In this document: in pieces, positions 9,305 to 20,229 of the stretch
Numbering within the stretch: position 1 is the stretch's first letter
How the letters are laid out: each line of letters starts with the position of its first letter
NCBI RefSeq assembly: GCF_037902255.1
Contig: NZ_CP147990.1
Span: 674,751-738,750 of the forward strand
Reading direction: 5' to 3'
Length of the DNA stretch: 64,000 bases
Source: Candidatus Electrothrix sp. GW3-4
Lineage (GTDB): Bacteria; Desulfobacterota; Desulfobulbia; Desulfobulbales; Desulfobulbaceae
The notes under the pieces: model-generated
The model's database searches: none
Told to the model about the DNA's origin: nothing
What the model saw: the letters and a program-made list of their open reading frames with translations, nothing else
Translations under genes and position numbers: made by a program

Positions 9305-10455
9305 ATGATCAAAAAACTCGTTGTTTCCAATTTCCGCAGTCTTGGTCCTGACATTCATTTTGAACCGGGCAAGCTTTCTTTTTTATAGGACCGAACGGAT
9401 CAGGAAAGTCAAACATTCTTGATGTGCTCTCTTTTGTGAGGGATTCGGTTATGCAGGGCCTACCTGCCGCTATCACCCATAGACGTGGTATCGACAGTGT
9501 ACGGAGACGCAGTCATGGTCGTCCTTTTGATGTACACATAGAATTTCAGCTTCTTATTGATCAGCAGCATGTAACGTATGAATTTATTATTACCGGTGAT
9601 CGCCTCGAAGAGTATAGGGTAAAGACAGAAAAGGCGATTATGTACGGACCGAAGGGCGAGGAAAAGGTCTCATTTATCAGAAATGGTCATGAGTGGGATG
9701 GGCCGGAAGGAGTGGCGCCCTTTATGGATGAGCAATCCTTGGCCTTGACGGCACTGGGAGGAACAAAACAGTTCAAACCCTTGGTTGATTTTCTTTCAGG
9801 TCTAACCGTTTATTCTATTTTTCCGGATACCCTTCGGATTCCTCAGCGTTTTGATTCAAGCCATCCACTTAAAGAGCATGGAGAGAACTGGGTATCTATT
9901 TTACGGGAATTGGTGAAAGAAAAGTACGCCAAAGATGATATTGTTACAGGATTGAGGAAGCTCACCGGAGATATTGAGGATGTCCGAGTGGCGAGCGCAG
10001 CAGGATATCTGATAGCTGAGTTTAAGCAGCAGGTCAAAGGACAAAAGGCGAAACGTTGGTTTGACGCAGCTCAGCAGTCGGATGGAACGCTTAGGGTTGC
10101 AGGATTATTGACGGCCTTGGTGCAAACACCGGCTCTTCCGGTCATCGGTGTGGAGGAGCCAGAACTTACCGTTCATCCCGGAGCTCTGCCCATGCTCTAT
10201 GATTATCTGCGGCAGGCCAGCGAGATGTCGCAGGTCTTTGTTACTACGCATAGTCCGATAATCCTTGATGTTGTTGATGTTGAAAACGATGTTGTTTTTG
10301 TCGTCAATCGGGTGGATGGTAAAACAGATGTAAAAAGGATGGCGGATACCCAGCTGGAACCCGTTCGCAAGAGCTTGTTGCGATTAGGGGATCTCTTTAT
10401 GTCAGGTGACTTGCAACTTTCTCTTTTTGACGATGATACCCCCTGGAGGGAATGA
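9305..10455 (+). CDS. AAA family ATPase (OLD/ABC-like, AAA_21-type), interrupted by a -1 frameshift in a T6 homopolymer at 9379-9384.
   Basis: The frame from ATG 9305 gives MIKKLVVSNFRSLGPDIHFEPGKLSFL*. The adjacent frame continues …FFIGPNGSGKSNILD (Walker A) to 10455. One extra T would restore a single ~383-aa ORF. Confidence 0.75.
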
Positions 10456-11072
10456 TTGTGGCTGGCAAAAAGGGGTATCTGCTTGTGGAAGGACACGGGG
10501 AAGTGGAGGCTGCCCAGAATTTTATTACCCGCCTGAGTCACGATATCGGGATATACGACATTCCCTGGAGTAAACCCTTGCGTTGGACCAATCTGCATCA
10601 ATGGCAAGGGCATAAATCGGGAGGGGTAATGGCAGGTGCTGAATTTATTCGCACAAAGCCAGATGCTGGGGCATTGTTGATTCTTCGAGATGAGGATAAT
10701 CAATGTCCCAAGGAGCTTGCGCCGCAGATCGCAAGGCAATTGCGAATGCTTAAACTTCCCTTTCCAACGGCTTATGTGTTGTTGCATCCAGAATATGAAG
10801 TGCTCTTTCTTCCTTGTCTCGAGCAGATGGGGTTTCCGTCTTGGGACAGGGATTCGTGGGAGGCTCGGCGAGGAATTAAAGAATGGCTTTCCGGGAAGTT
10901 GCCCAAAGGACGTTCGTACAAGCCCACTGTGCAGCAGTTTGCTTTAACCCGGAAACTTGACTTCTCGATGCTGCGAGTAGCAGACGTGCCCTGTTTCGGT
11001 AGCTTGGAAAGAGGACTTCGGTTTCTATCAGATCACTCAGGCCAAACCGGTAAAGTATACCCGGTAGAGTGA
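10452..11072 (+). CDS. DUF4276-like protein (TOPRIM-like: LVEGHGE … LRDEDNQ), translationally coupled to the ATPase.
   Basis: ATGA overlap with the ATPase. N-terminal LVEGxxE motif and a downstream DxD-like acidic motif, typical of DUF4276/OLD-TOPRIM proteins. Identified from memory of the family. Confidence 0.6.
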   Translation: MIVAGKKGYLLVEGHGEVEAAQNFITRLSHDIGIYDIPWSKPLRWTNLHQWQGHKSGGVMAGAEFIRTKPDAGALLILRDEDNQCPKELAPQIARQLRMLKLPFPTAYVLLHPEYEVLFLPCLEQMGFPSWDRDSWEARRGIKEWLSGKLPKGRSYKPTVQQFALTRKLDFSMLRVADVPCFGSLERGLRFLSDHSGQTGKVYPVE

Positions 11073-11112
11073 GTCGTTCCCTACACTGCTCGCATAGTGT
11101 GTTTTAAACAAG

Positions 11113-11142
11113 CTGAAATGGCAATGGAAGCTGGTGAAGTGA
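11113..11142 (+). other. Short degraded remnant of the hrpA 3' end (CTGAAATGGCAATGGAAGCTGGTGAAGTGA).
   Basis: Matches hrpA 7829-7855 (…CTGAAGCAGCAATGGAAGCTGGTGGAGGAG…). Confidence 0.4.
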
Positions 11143-11196
11143 GGAATGTCTCCCTCGGTCCAGCTCTCCTATCCTGTGGGTGTTAGTGGGCGAATC

Positions 11197-11949
11197 TCAG
11201 ATACTTTCTATCGCGGCAAACTCCGGTTCATGAAGTGGGATGACATAATCCGCCATGTCCCGAACCTTAAGCATGAGGTCATAGGCGGCATAGGTATCGG
11301 TGCTGGTACCCGGCGGAATGACCTCCATCTCCATTGCCTTGACCTGTAACGGTGGCTCGAAGTTTTCTCGGATGACGCAAAAGCCGGTGATGGCGGTTTT
11401 ACCGCGTTCCGTGTCGATGAATACGGTCATGCCGCCCGGTGTATGGGCCGGGGTGTGCATCACTGAGATGCCTGGAAAAAGCTCCTGATCCGTGCTCACG
11501 GTTCTGATCTGTCCGGCCTCGCGGATTTCATAGATAAAGTCCTCCACATAGCGGTAATCCAGGGGGTGGGGATTATTGATGGTCTCCAGCTCTTTTTCGT
11601 GGATATAGAACACCGCATTACTACATTTATAATCGTTTTCGCAATGGTCAGTATGCAGATGGGTATGGATGACCACGTCAATATCTTCCGGTTTAAGTCC
11701 GTATCTCGCTAACCCCTCCTCAAGGGTGTAAATCTTCCCGCCGATGGCCTTTTCCCGGTCTTCGGAGATGACCGGATGCATTTCACCTGTGTCAATCAGG
11801 ATCTTTTTTTCACCACCTGCAATATACCAGCTGTAGATCGGGATGGTGTAAGGTGTGCCGTAGTCATACTGATAGGTCATCATGCCTTTGTCAAAGACCT
11901 TGGTGCCCACCACAATGGGGTGAATGGTATATTTGTTCATTGTGTTCAT
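11197..11949 (-). CDS. Metallo-beta-lactamase-fold hydrolase, AiiA-like N-acyl-homoserine lactonase type.
   Basis: HTHLHTDHCEN (HxHxDH) zinc motif. Length ~250 aa from MNTMNKY. Confidence 0.7.
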   Translation of the reverse strand: MNTMNKYTIHPIVVGTKVFDKGMMTYQYDYGTPYTIPIYSWYIAGGEKKILIDTGEMHPVISEDREKAIGGKIYTLEEGLARYGLKPEDIDVVIHTHLHTDHCENDYKCSNAVFYIHEKELETINNPHPLDYRYVEDFIYEIREAGQIRTVSTDQELFPGISVMHTPAHTPGGMTVFIDTERGKTAITGFCVIRENFEPPLQVKAMEMEVIPPGTSTDTYAAYDLMLKVRDMADYVIPLHEPEFAAIESI

Positions 11950-12137
11950 TTGGTTTGAAAGAATGGATTTGTAAGTTTGAGTGTCAAGCTTGATATAAAA
12001 AAGGATAAAAAGCAAGCGATTAACCGGAAGCGATCTCTTTTTTTGACTGGGGAGACTATGGGAAAAAGGGAGAACGTGGTATATTATTTGTCAGAAGTCT
12101 TCTTCTGATCGTCAACGTCTTCTCTTGAGGTGATATT

Positions 12138-12491
12138 ATGAAGATCGTTTTTGTCTATAATGCCGACAGCGGCAAGATCAATACGTTGCTTGATATTGGT
12201 CATAAGATCCTCCGTCCCGACAGCTATTCCTGCAACCTTTGCTCGTTGACCCATGGTGCTTTTAGTGAGAAAGAAGAGTGGCGGAAGTACCGGGAAGCGA
12301 GTCAACATGAGCTGGAATTTCTCCATAAGGATGAATTTGTGGAAAAGTATAGAGAGGACAAAGAATACACCTATCCTGTTATACTGAAGATGAGTGAGGG
12401 TGGGAAGAGCCTGGAGGTGTTGCTGGCGACAGAGGAAATTAATGCCCTGGCTGGCCTTGAAGAATTAGTGAGTAGGTTGCCCAAGAAATAA
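12138..12491 (+). CDS. Hypothetical 117-aa protein.
   Basis: ORF track. Followed by a terminator. Confidence 0.45.
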   Translation: MKIVFVYNADSGKINTLLDIGHKILRPDSYSCNLCSLTHGAFSEKEEWRKYREASQHELEFLHKDEFVEKYREDKEYTYPVILKMSEGGKSLEVLLATEEINALAGLEELVSRLPKK

Positions 12492-12550
12492 GAGGCTTCA
12501 GGGAAGAGAGCAGGAAGGAAAAACGCACCCTGCTGAGGAATGAAATTGAA

Positions 12551-12588
12551 CACCCGAGGGAGAGGAAACTTTCTCTCGGGTGTTTTTA
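12551..12588 (+). terminator. Rho-independent terminator: CACCCGAGGGAGAGG…TTTCTCTCGGGTG followed by TTTTTA.
   Basis: GC-rich hairpin plus a T-run after the 12138..12491 ORF. It also lies just downstream of the convergent acs gene. Confidence 0.6.
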
Positions 12589-12679
12589 TTCAAGGATGTT
12601 TTTGTAAAAATACCGGATGACTCCTTGGAGTCATCCGGCCAATTTTCATCCTTTGCTGGCCTTCCCCAGAGGGGTGGGG

Positions 12680-14662
<1,983 letters not shown>

Positions 14663-15180
14663 AATATTCTCTCCTTACAAAAACGAATTGTTGATTTATG
14701 GAGCTAAAAATACCATCGTGTCACTTTAAGAGCGATTAGTCAATAGTTTTACACGTCGAAAAGAGAAAGCTCTTTGTTTTTTTGGGCAAGAGAAAGATTG
14801 TACCCTTCTTTTGAAGGGTTGTTTTTGCTTTAATCCTTTTATTTTAATAGGTTGAGCTGTTTTTCTCTGGAATTTCTTGCGAGATTGCTCTCATCGGCTT
14901 GTAATAAAAACATTTTTTTATGTCAAAGGGATGAAAAAACCCGTTGGAGTCCATTTCCAAGGGAGAGGTAAGGTGGGGAAGGAGGTGACCCTGTTGTGCC
15001 CGAATGGGGTGGGAATGTTTTCAGGAGTGAAATAATAATGTCGCAGAGCTTTCCTTGATGTCGAGTTCTTTTCTTTTTTGTAGGCCCTATGGTGGCTATT
15101 GCCCTCTCGTGGGCTGAGTTTTTCTTTTGCTTCCTCGTTAATCCTTTGAAAGGATATGAGAAAACGTTGGTTGTTGCAAA

Positions 15181-15196
15181 TGGCATAGTCATTGCA
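15181..15196 (+). promoter_or_regulatory. Sigma-54 (-24/-12) promoter TGGCATAGTCATTGCA.
   Basis: GG-N10-GC spacing matches the TGGCAC-N5-TTGCW consensus. It lies 48 bp upstream of the nitrogenase-like gene start. Confidence 0.55.
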
Positions 15197-15243
15197 TTTA
15201 GCTTTAGTGGTGATATCAACTATCCAATAATCTGAGGAGCATC

Positions 15244-16611
15244 ATGGAAGCAGTCGCTTTAAAAGAACGGGAAAATCAGATTCATGTCAAGGGGGAGGCC
15301 CCTTTTAATATTGTCTGCAATAAGGACAGTCTGGCAGGAGCGGTCAGTCAGCGGGCCTGCGTGTTTTGTGGTTCACGAGTTGTCTTGTACCCCATTGCTG
15401 ATGCCCTGCATCTGGTGCATGGTCCCATCGGCTGCGCTGTCTATACCTGGGATATCCGTGGCGCCCTGTCTTCCGGTCCGGAATTGCATCGCCTTTCTTT
15501 TTCCACCGATCTCCAGGAGATCGATGTTATCTTTGGCGGGGAAAAGAAACTGCGTCGGGCCTTGATGGAGCTCATTGCGCGTCACCAGCCCAAGGCGGCC
15601 TTTGTTTATTCCACCTGTATTGTCGGTATTATTGGTGATGACCTTGAGGCAGTCTGTAAAAGTGTGACCGCTGAAACCGGTGTTACTGTGATTCCTGTAC
15701 AGTCGGAAGGCTTTAAGGGGAATAAGCGGGCAGGGTATCAGGCAGCCTGTGATGCCATGTTCCGGCTTATCGGGACCGGAGAAACGGAGGGGATCTCTAA
15801 ATATTCTCTCAATATCCTGGGGGACTTTAATCTCGCTGGCGAGATCTGGATGATTCGTGAATATTATGAAAAGATGGGTATCGAGGTGGTGGCCAATATC
15901 ACTGGCGATGGTCGTGTGGGCGATATTCGGCGGGCCCATGGTGCCGCTCTGAATGTAGTGCAGTGTTCCGGTTCAACTATGCAGCTGGCTAATATGATGG
16001 AAGATAAATATGGGGCTCCTTCCTTGCGGGTATCCTATTTTGGCATTGAGGACATGTCCGAGGCCCTGTACGATATTGCTCGATTCTTCCAGGAAAAATA
16101 TCCCGATGATCCTGAATCCGATCGAATCATGGAGCGGACCAAGGCCCTGGTCCAGGAAAAGGTGGGTGAGCTGGTCCCGAAATTAGAGAAATACCGCAAG
16201 GCCCTGGCCGGGAAAAAGGCTGCTATCTATGTAGGGGGCTCGTTCAAGGCCTTTTCTCTGGTCAAGGCCTTTCGCCTGGTGGATATGGATGTAGTTATGG
16301 TGGGCTCTCAGACCGGTACTGAAGAGGATTATCGGGAGCTGGAGGCCATTACAGATCCAGGCACGGTTATTGTCGATGATGCTAACCCCTTGGAGCTGAA
16401 TAGCTTTTTGAAGGAAAAAGGCGTTGATATCTTTGTCGGCGGAGTCAAGGAACGACCCATTGCCTATAAATTGGGCATTGGTTTCTGTGATCATAATCAT
16501 GAGCGTAAGGAGGCCTTGGCTGGCTTTGAGGGCATGCTCAACTTTGCCAAGGAGGTCTATTCCTCGGTGATGAGTCCGGTCTGGCGCTTTGTCCCCAGGA
16601 ATCAGGCCTGA
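15244..16611 (+). CDS. Nitrogenase component-1-type oxidoreductase family protein (NifE/NifD-like). Orphan gene.
   Basis: 455 aa. Conserved Cys/His region VFCGSRVVLYPIADALHLVHGPIGCA typical of NifD/E/K/N-fold proteins. No nifH/nifK/nifN neighbours. Confidence 0.65.
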   Translation: MEAVALKERENQIHVKGEAPFNIVCNKDSLAGAVSQRACVFCGSRVVLYPIADALHLVHGPIGCAVYTWDIRGALSSGPELHRLSFSTDLQEIDVIFGGEKKLRRALMELIARHQPKAAFVYSTCIVGIIGDDLEAVCKSVTAETGVTVIPVQSEGFKGNKRAGYQAACDAMFRLIGTGETEGISKYSLNILGDFNLAGEIWMIREYYEKMGIEVVANITGDGRVGDIRRAHGAALNVVQCSGSTMQLANMMEDKYGAPSLRVSYFGIEDMSEALYDIARFFQEKYPDDPESDRIMERTKALVQEKVGELVPKLEKYRKALAGKKAAIYVGGSFKAFSLVKAFRLVDMDVVMVGSQTGTEEDYRELEAITDPGTVIVDDANPLELNSFLKEKGVDIFVGGVKERPIAYKLGIGFCDHNHERKEALAGFEGMLNFAKEVYSSVMSPVWRFVPRNQA

Positions 16612-17115
16612 TATTTTATCTGGTAAATCTTTCGTCTTTTCTCTTTTATTTAGAAACGTTTTTGTTGGTTCTGATGCGTTTGGCCAACAGCTATACTGGC
16701 CGAACGCATGAGTCTGTATTTCCCTCGCTCCTTTTATCTCACCTTGTTTTTTTCTGTGTCCTCTCTGTCGTCATCCTGCCATTAAGGGGGGATCCTTTGA
16801 GGATGTACTTGATTGTGCTCTCTTCTTCTCTTTTTTCGTCTGACCTTTTTGAACTCCTCAATATTGCAAGAGAAGGGTGGGGGAAGAGAGGGGAACGATT
16901 CTGTGCGTTTTGGAATTCATAGTTGCATTTTCGTATAATGTGTAGTTAGTTCGGTCAGGTTGATTTATTACGTTATTATACTCGAAACATGTGAGTAACG
17001 TGCTTTTTCTGTTTGCAGAGAGCAGAAAAATATCATCTTGAGTGAGTTAGAGTTCTATCGAAGGTGACGGAGCGTTTTTCCGTACTTCGAGTCTAAGTAT
17101 AAGAAAGAGGAACGA

Positions 17116-18303
17116 ATGACCGTAGCAAAAAAAATGCAGGAGTTTGCCGATAACTCGTCCTGGATTCGTAAGATGTTTGAGCGAGGTGCCAGGATGAAGG
17201 CAGAATTCGGCGCGGAAAATGTGTTCGATTTCAGTCTCGGCAATCCGGATGTCGCACCACCAGCGAAATTTTTTGAGGTGTTGGCTGATCTGGCTGAATG
17301 TGATACTCCAGGAATGCACGCCTATATGCCCAACGGCGGTTATCCTTATGTGCGAGAGGCCGTGGCAGCTCAGTTGTCCGAGGAACAAGGGGCGGAGATT
17401 AGTATGGGCGATGTCCTTATGACCTGTGGAGCAGCAGGTGCCCTGAATGTGGTTATGAAATCCCTGCTGGACCCCGGCGATGAGGTCATTGTCCTGAGTC
17501 CGTTTTTTGTTGAGTATCATTTCTACGTGGATAACCACGGCGGTGTGGTCAAGATTGTGCCGACGGACGATGAGTTTCAACTTGACCTGGCAGCTCTTGA
17601 GGAGGCCTTGACAGAGAAGACCAAGGCCGTGCTGATCAACAGTCCCAATAATCCTACGGGCCAGCTGTACAGTGCCGAGTCCCTGGCTGCTCTTGGTACC
17701 TTGCTGGATCGGGCAGGGGAAAATTTCTGCACCACGATTTATCTGATCTCCGATGAACCGTATAGGAAGATTGTTTTTGATGGGACAGAAGTGCCCTCTA
17801 TTATGGCCACCACGACCAACTCCATCGTGGTCTCTTCCTATTCTAAGGATCTCTCCCTGCCTGGTGAGCGGATTGGTTATATTGCCGTGCATCCGGAAAT
17901 GCACGAAAAAGACCTGTTGCTCAATGCGATGACCTTGGCCAATCGTATCCTCGGTTTTGTCAATGCACCTGCCTTGATGCAGCGGGCAGTTGCTGAGCTG
18001 CAAGAGGAGAGCGTGAATGCGTCTGTTTATGAGGAGAGGCGTAAGGTGTTTTGCGAGGTGCTGGATGAGGCAGGCCTGGAGTATGTCATGCCTAAGGGGG
18101 CCTTTTACCTTTTTCCCAAAGCACCTATTGCCGATGATGTGGAATTTTGCCGCTTGCTTCAGGAGGAAAAGATTCTGGCAGTACCAGGGCGGGGATTCGG
18201 GGTTTCCGGTCATATTCGCTTGGCCTTTTGTGTGGATAAAGAGGTGATTGCCAGGTCGGTGGAAGGATTTAAACGGGCTGTGGCCAAGGCAAAGGGCGTA
18301 TAG
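17116..18303 (+). CDS. Class I/II PLP-dependent aminotransferase (aspartate/alanine aminotransferase family).
   Basis: SYSKDLSLPGERIGY (PLP Lys). 395 aa. Confidence 0.85.
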   Translation: MTVAKKMQEFADNSSWIRKMFERGARMKAEFGAENVFDFSLGNPDVAPPAKFFEVLADLAECDTPGMHAYMPNGGYPYVREAVAAQLSEEQGAEISMGDVLMTCGAAGALNVVMKSLLDPGDEVIVLSPFFVEYHFYVDNHGGVVKIVPTDDEFQLDLAALEEALTEKTKAVLINSPNNPTGQLYSAESLAALGTLLDRAGENFCTTIYLISDEPYRKIVFDGTEVPSIMATTTNSIVVSSYSKDLSLPGERIGYIAVHPEMHEKDLLLNAMTLANRILGFVNAPALMQRAVAELQEESVNASVYEERRKVFCEVLDEAGLEYVMPKGAFYLFPKAPIADDVEFCRLLQEEKILAVPGRGFGVSGHIRLAFCVDKEVIARSVEGFKRAVAKAKGV

Positions 18304-18321
18304 TTGTGTCCTTTTATCACG

Positions 18322-18801
18322 ATGAGAAGCAAGGCTCGAGCGTTCGCTCTTCAGCATCACGGAGAACAGAGGTACGGGGAGCATCCCTATGTTGTCCATC
18401 TTGATGCTGTGGCTGAGCTCGTGCAACAATACGGTGAGACAGCGGTTGTCATTGCCTATCTCCACGATGTTATCGAGGATACCGATGTCAGTATTCGCGA
18501 GCTTGAGGAGGTATTCGGGCCCTTGGTTGCCGATTGTGTCACTGTCCTCACTGATGAGCCTGGAAAGGATCGTCAGGAGCGCAAGGAGAAAACCTACCGC
18601 AAGATGGCTCAAATTAATGGGGCAACAGAGATCGCCTTGGTAGTCAAGGCCGCAGATAGGCTTGCTAATATGCGTGCCTGCCTTACGGGAAGAAAAGAGA
18701 GACTCTTGGCCGTCTATAAGGATGAGCATCCGGTCTTTACAAAGGCCGTGTTCAGGCCAGGGCTCTGTGACGAAATCTGGTCTGAATTTGCTGAATTATA
18801 A
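18322..18801 (+). CDS. HD-domain protein (RelA/SpoT-type small hydrolase-like).
   Basis: H…HD…D pattern (HHGEQRYGEHPY…YLHDVIEDT). Start taken at ATG 18322. Confidence 0.6.
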   Translation: MRSKARAFALQHHGEQRYGEHPYVVHLDAVAELVQQYGETAVVIAYLHDVIEDTDVSIRELEEVFGPLVADCVTVLTDEPGKDRQERKEKTYRKMAQINGATEIALVVKAADRLANMRACLTGRKERLLAVYKDEHPVFTKAVFRPGLCDEIWSEFAEL

Positions 18802-18852
18802 CCTGTTATCCCGTGTGGTTTGCTGCCTCCTGAATGCAGAGGGAGGGCGTGG

Positions 18853-19890
18853 GTGAAATCAATGAAGGAATTCTTCTCCAAGAGAACTCGCATGCTCGCT
18901 GCTCTTGCCTTCTGTTTTCTCCTGCTCTGCATTTCGGCGATCGTGACTATCCGGCAGCCAACCTCGAAGGAAAACCCTTTCCCTTCAGACCTTCGGGCAG
19001 ACCCGGACCGACTTCGTTGGCATGTCGAGTATCTGGCTGAAGAGCTTGCTCCCCGTAATCATAACCACCCTAAAAAACTGGCCGCCACTGTCCGTTACAT
19101 CACAACCGGACTTTCCGTTCCCGGTACCCAGGTCTCTCTTCAATCTTATAGGGCGGAAAATGCCGCTTCAGGCCAGCAAGAACAGGTGAATATTATTGCC
19201 CGCTTCGGTTCAAGGGAAGGACCTGTGGTGATTATTGGAGCACATTATGATGCGTTTGGCGATTTTCCTGGTGCAGACGATAATGCAAGCGGCATAGCTG
19301 GCTTACTGGAGCTGGCTCGGCTGCTGAGTCGGCGAGAGATAACAGGCAATATTGAGTTGGTGGCCTATGGAACGGAAGAAGACCCTTTTTTCGGCACCGA
19401 ACAGATGGGCAGTGCTGTTCATGCCCAGAGGTTAGCTGAGCAGGGGCGGACGGTAAAGGCCATGCTCTGTCTGGAGATGATCGGTTATTTTGTGGAGCAG
19501 CAGGAGTATAACTCATGGGTTCTGCGCTTGATCTACCCTCAGAACGGGCTCTATGCCGCTGTTGTCGGGCGGTGGCAGGATCGTCATCTGGCAAAGACGG
19601 TCAAGCGTTGCTTTGATGGGGCATCTGATCTGCCTACGGTGAGTTACTCTGGTCCTGTTCTCTTTGGTGCGGACCTTTCCGACCATCGCAATTACTGGCA
19701 GCACGGTTATCCTGCCGTAATGATTACCGACACTGCCTTTCTGCGCAATCATAATTATCATGCTGCGGGCGATACCCCTGATACGCTGGACTATCAGCGC
19801 ATGGCCAAGGTGGTTGATGGCGTGCTCAGTACAGCCCTCACCCTTTCCTTATCAACATCTTCTGAGAAAACAGGGGCTATATCGCCCTGA
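18853..19890 (+). CDS. M28 family zinc aminopeptidase, secreted.
   Basis: GAHYDAFGDFPGADDNASGIAGLLELARLL. N-terminal signal/TM. The start is ambiguous (GTG 18853 or ATG 18862). Confidence 0.75.
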   Translation: MKSMKEFFSKRTRMLAALAFCFLLLCISAIVTIRQPTSKENPFPSDLRADPDRLRWHVEYLAEELAPRNHNHPKKLAATVRYITTGLSVPGTQVSLQSYRAENAASGQQEQVNIIARFGSREGPVVIIGAHYDAFGDFPGADDNASGIAGLLELARLLSRREITGNIELVAYGTEEDPFFGTEQMGSAVHAQRLAEQGRTVKAMLCLEMIGYFVEQQEYNSWVLRLIYPQNGLYAAVVGRWQDRHLAKTVKRCFDGASDLPTVSYSGPVLFGADLSDHRNYWQHGYPAVMITDTAFLRNHNYHAAGDTPDTLDYQRMAKVVDGVLSTALTLSLSTSSEKTGAISP

Positions 19891-20229
19891 GAATCTCACA
19901 GAGCATACCGCTTAATTCTCTGGAACTTTCATGTCATGGGTTGCTGGTGCCCCATTGCCCCTTTCTGGATGATCCCTCCAGGATGACTCCTTGATTTTTT
20001 TACAATAAAAAGAAGAGATCTGTGAATAGATGTCGACAGATATCCGAGGTATGATTATTTTTTACTCTATATATATGAAAGTGGTCAGCGTGTTGCCCGC
20101 CATTTTTATTTTTTGTTATCCTGGCCCGCTGGACCGGGATAGGAGTTTAGAAGAGAAGAAAAAGGTGTCTGGCCCCGAAGGGGGAGTTTGCACAGAACAT
20201 GCCGTTAATCGAACCAGCAGGAACAGGGC

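Noticed and set aside
17047-18729. 560-aa ORF on the minus strand.
   Set aside because: It is entirely antisense to the well-supported aminotransferase (17116-18303) and HD gene. The composition is low-complexity with no motifs, so it is a spurious long antisense frame.
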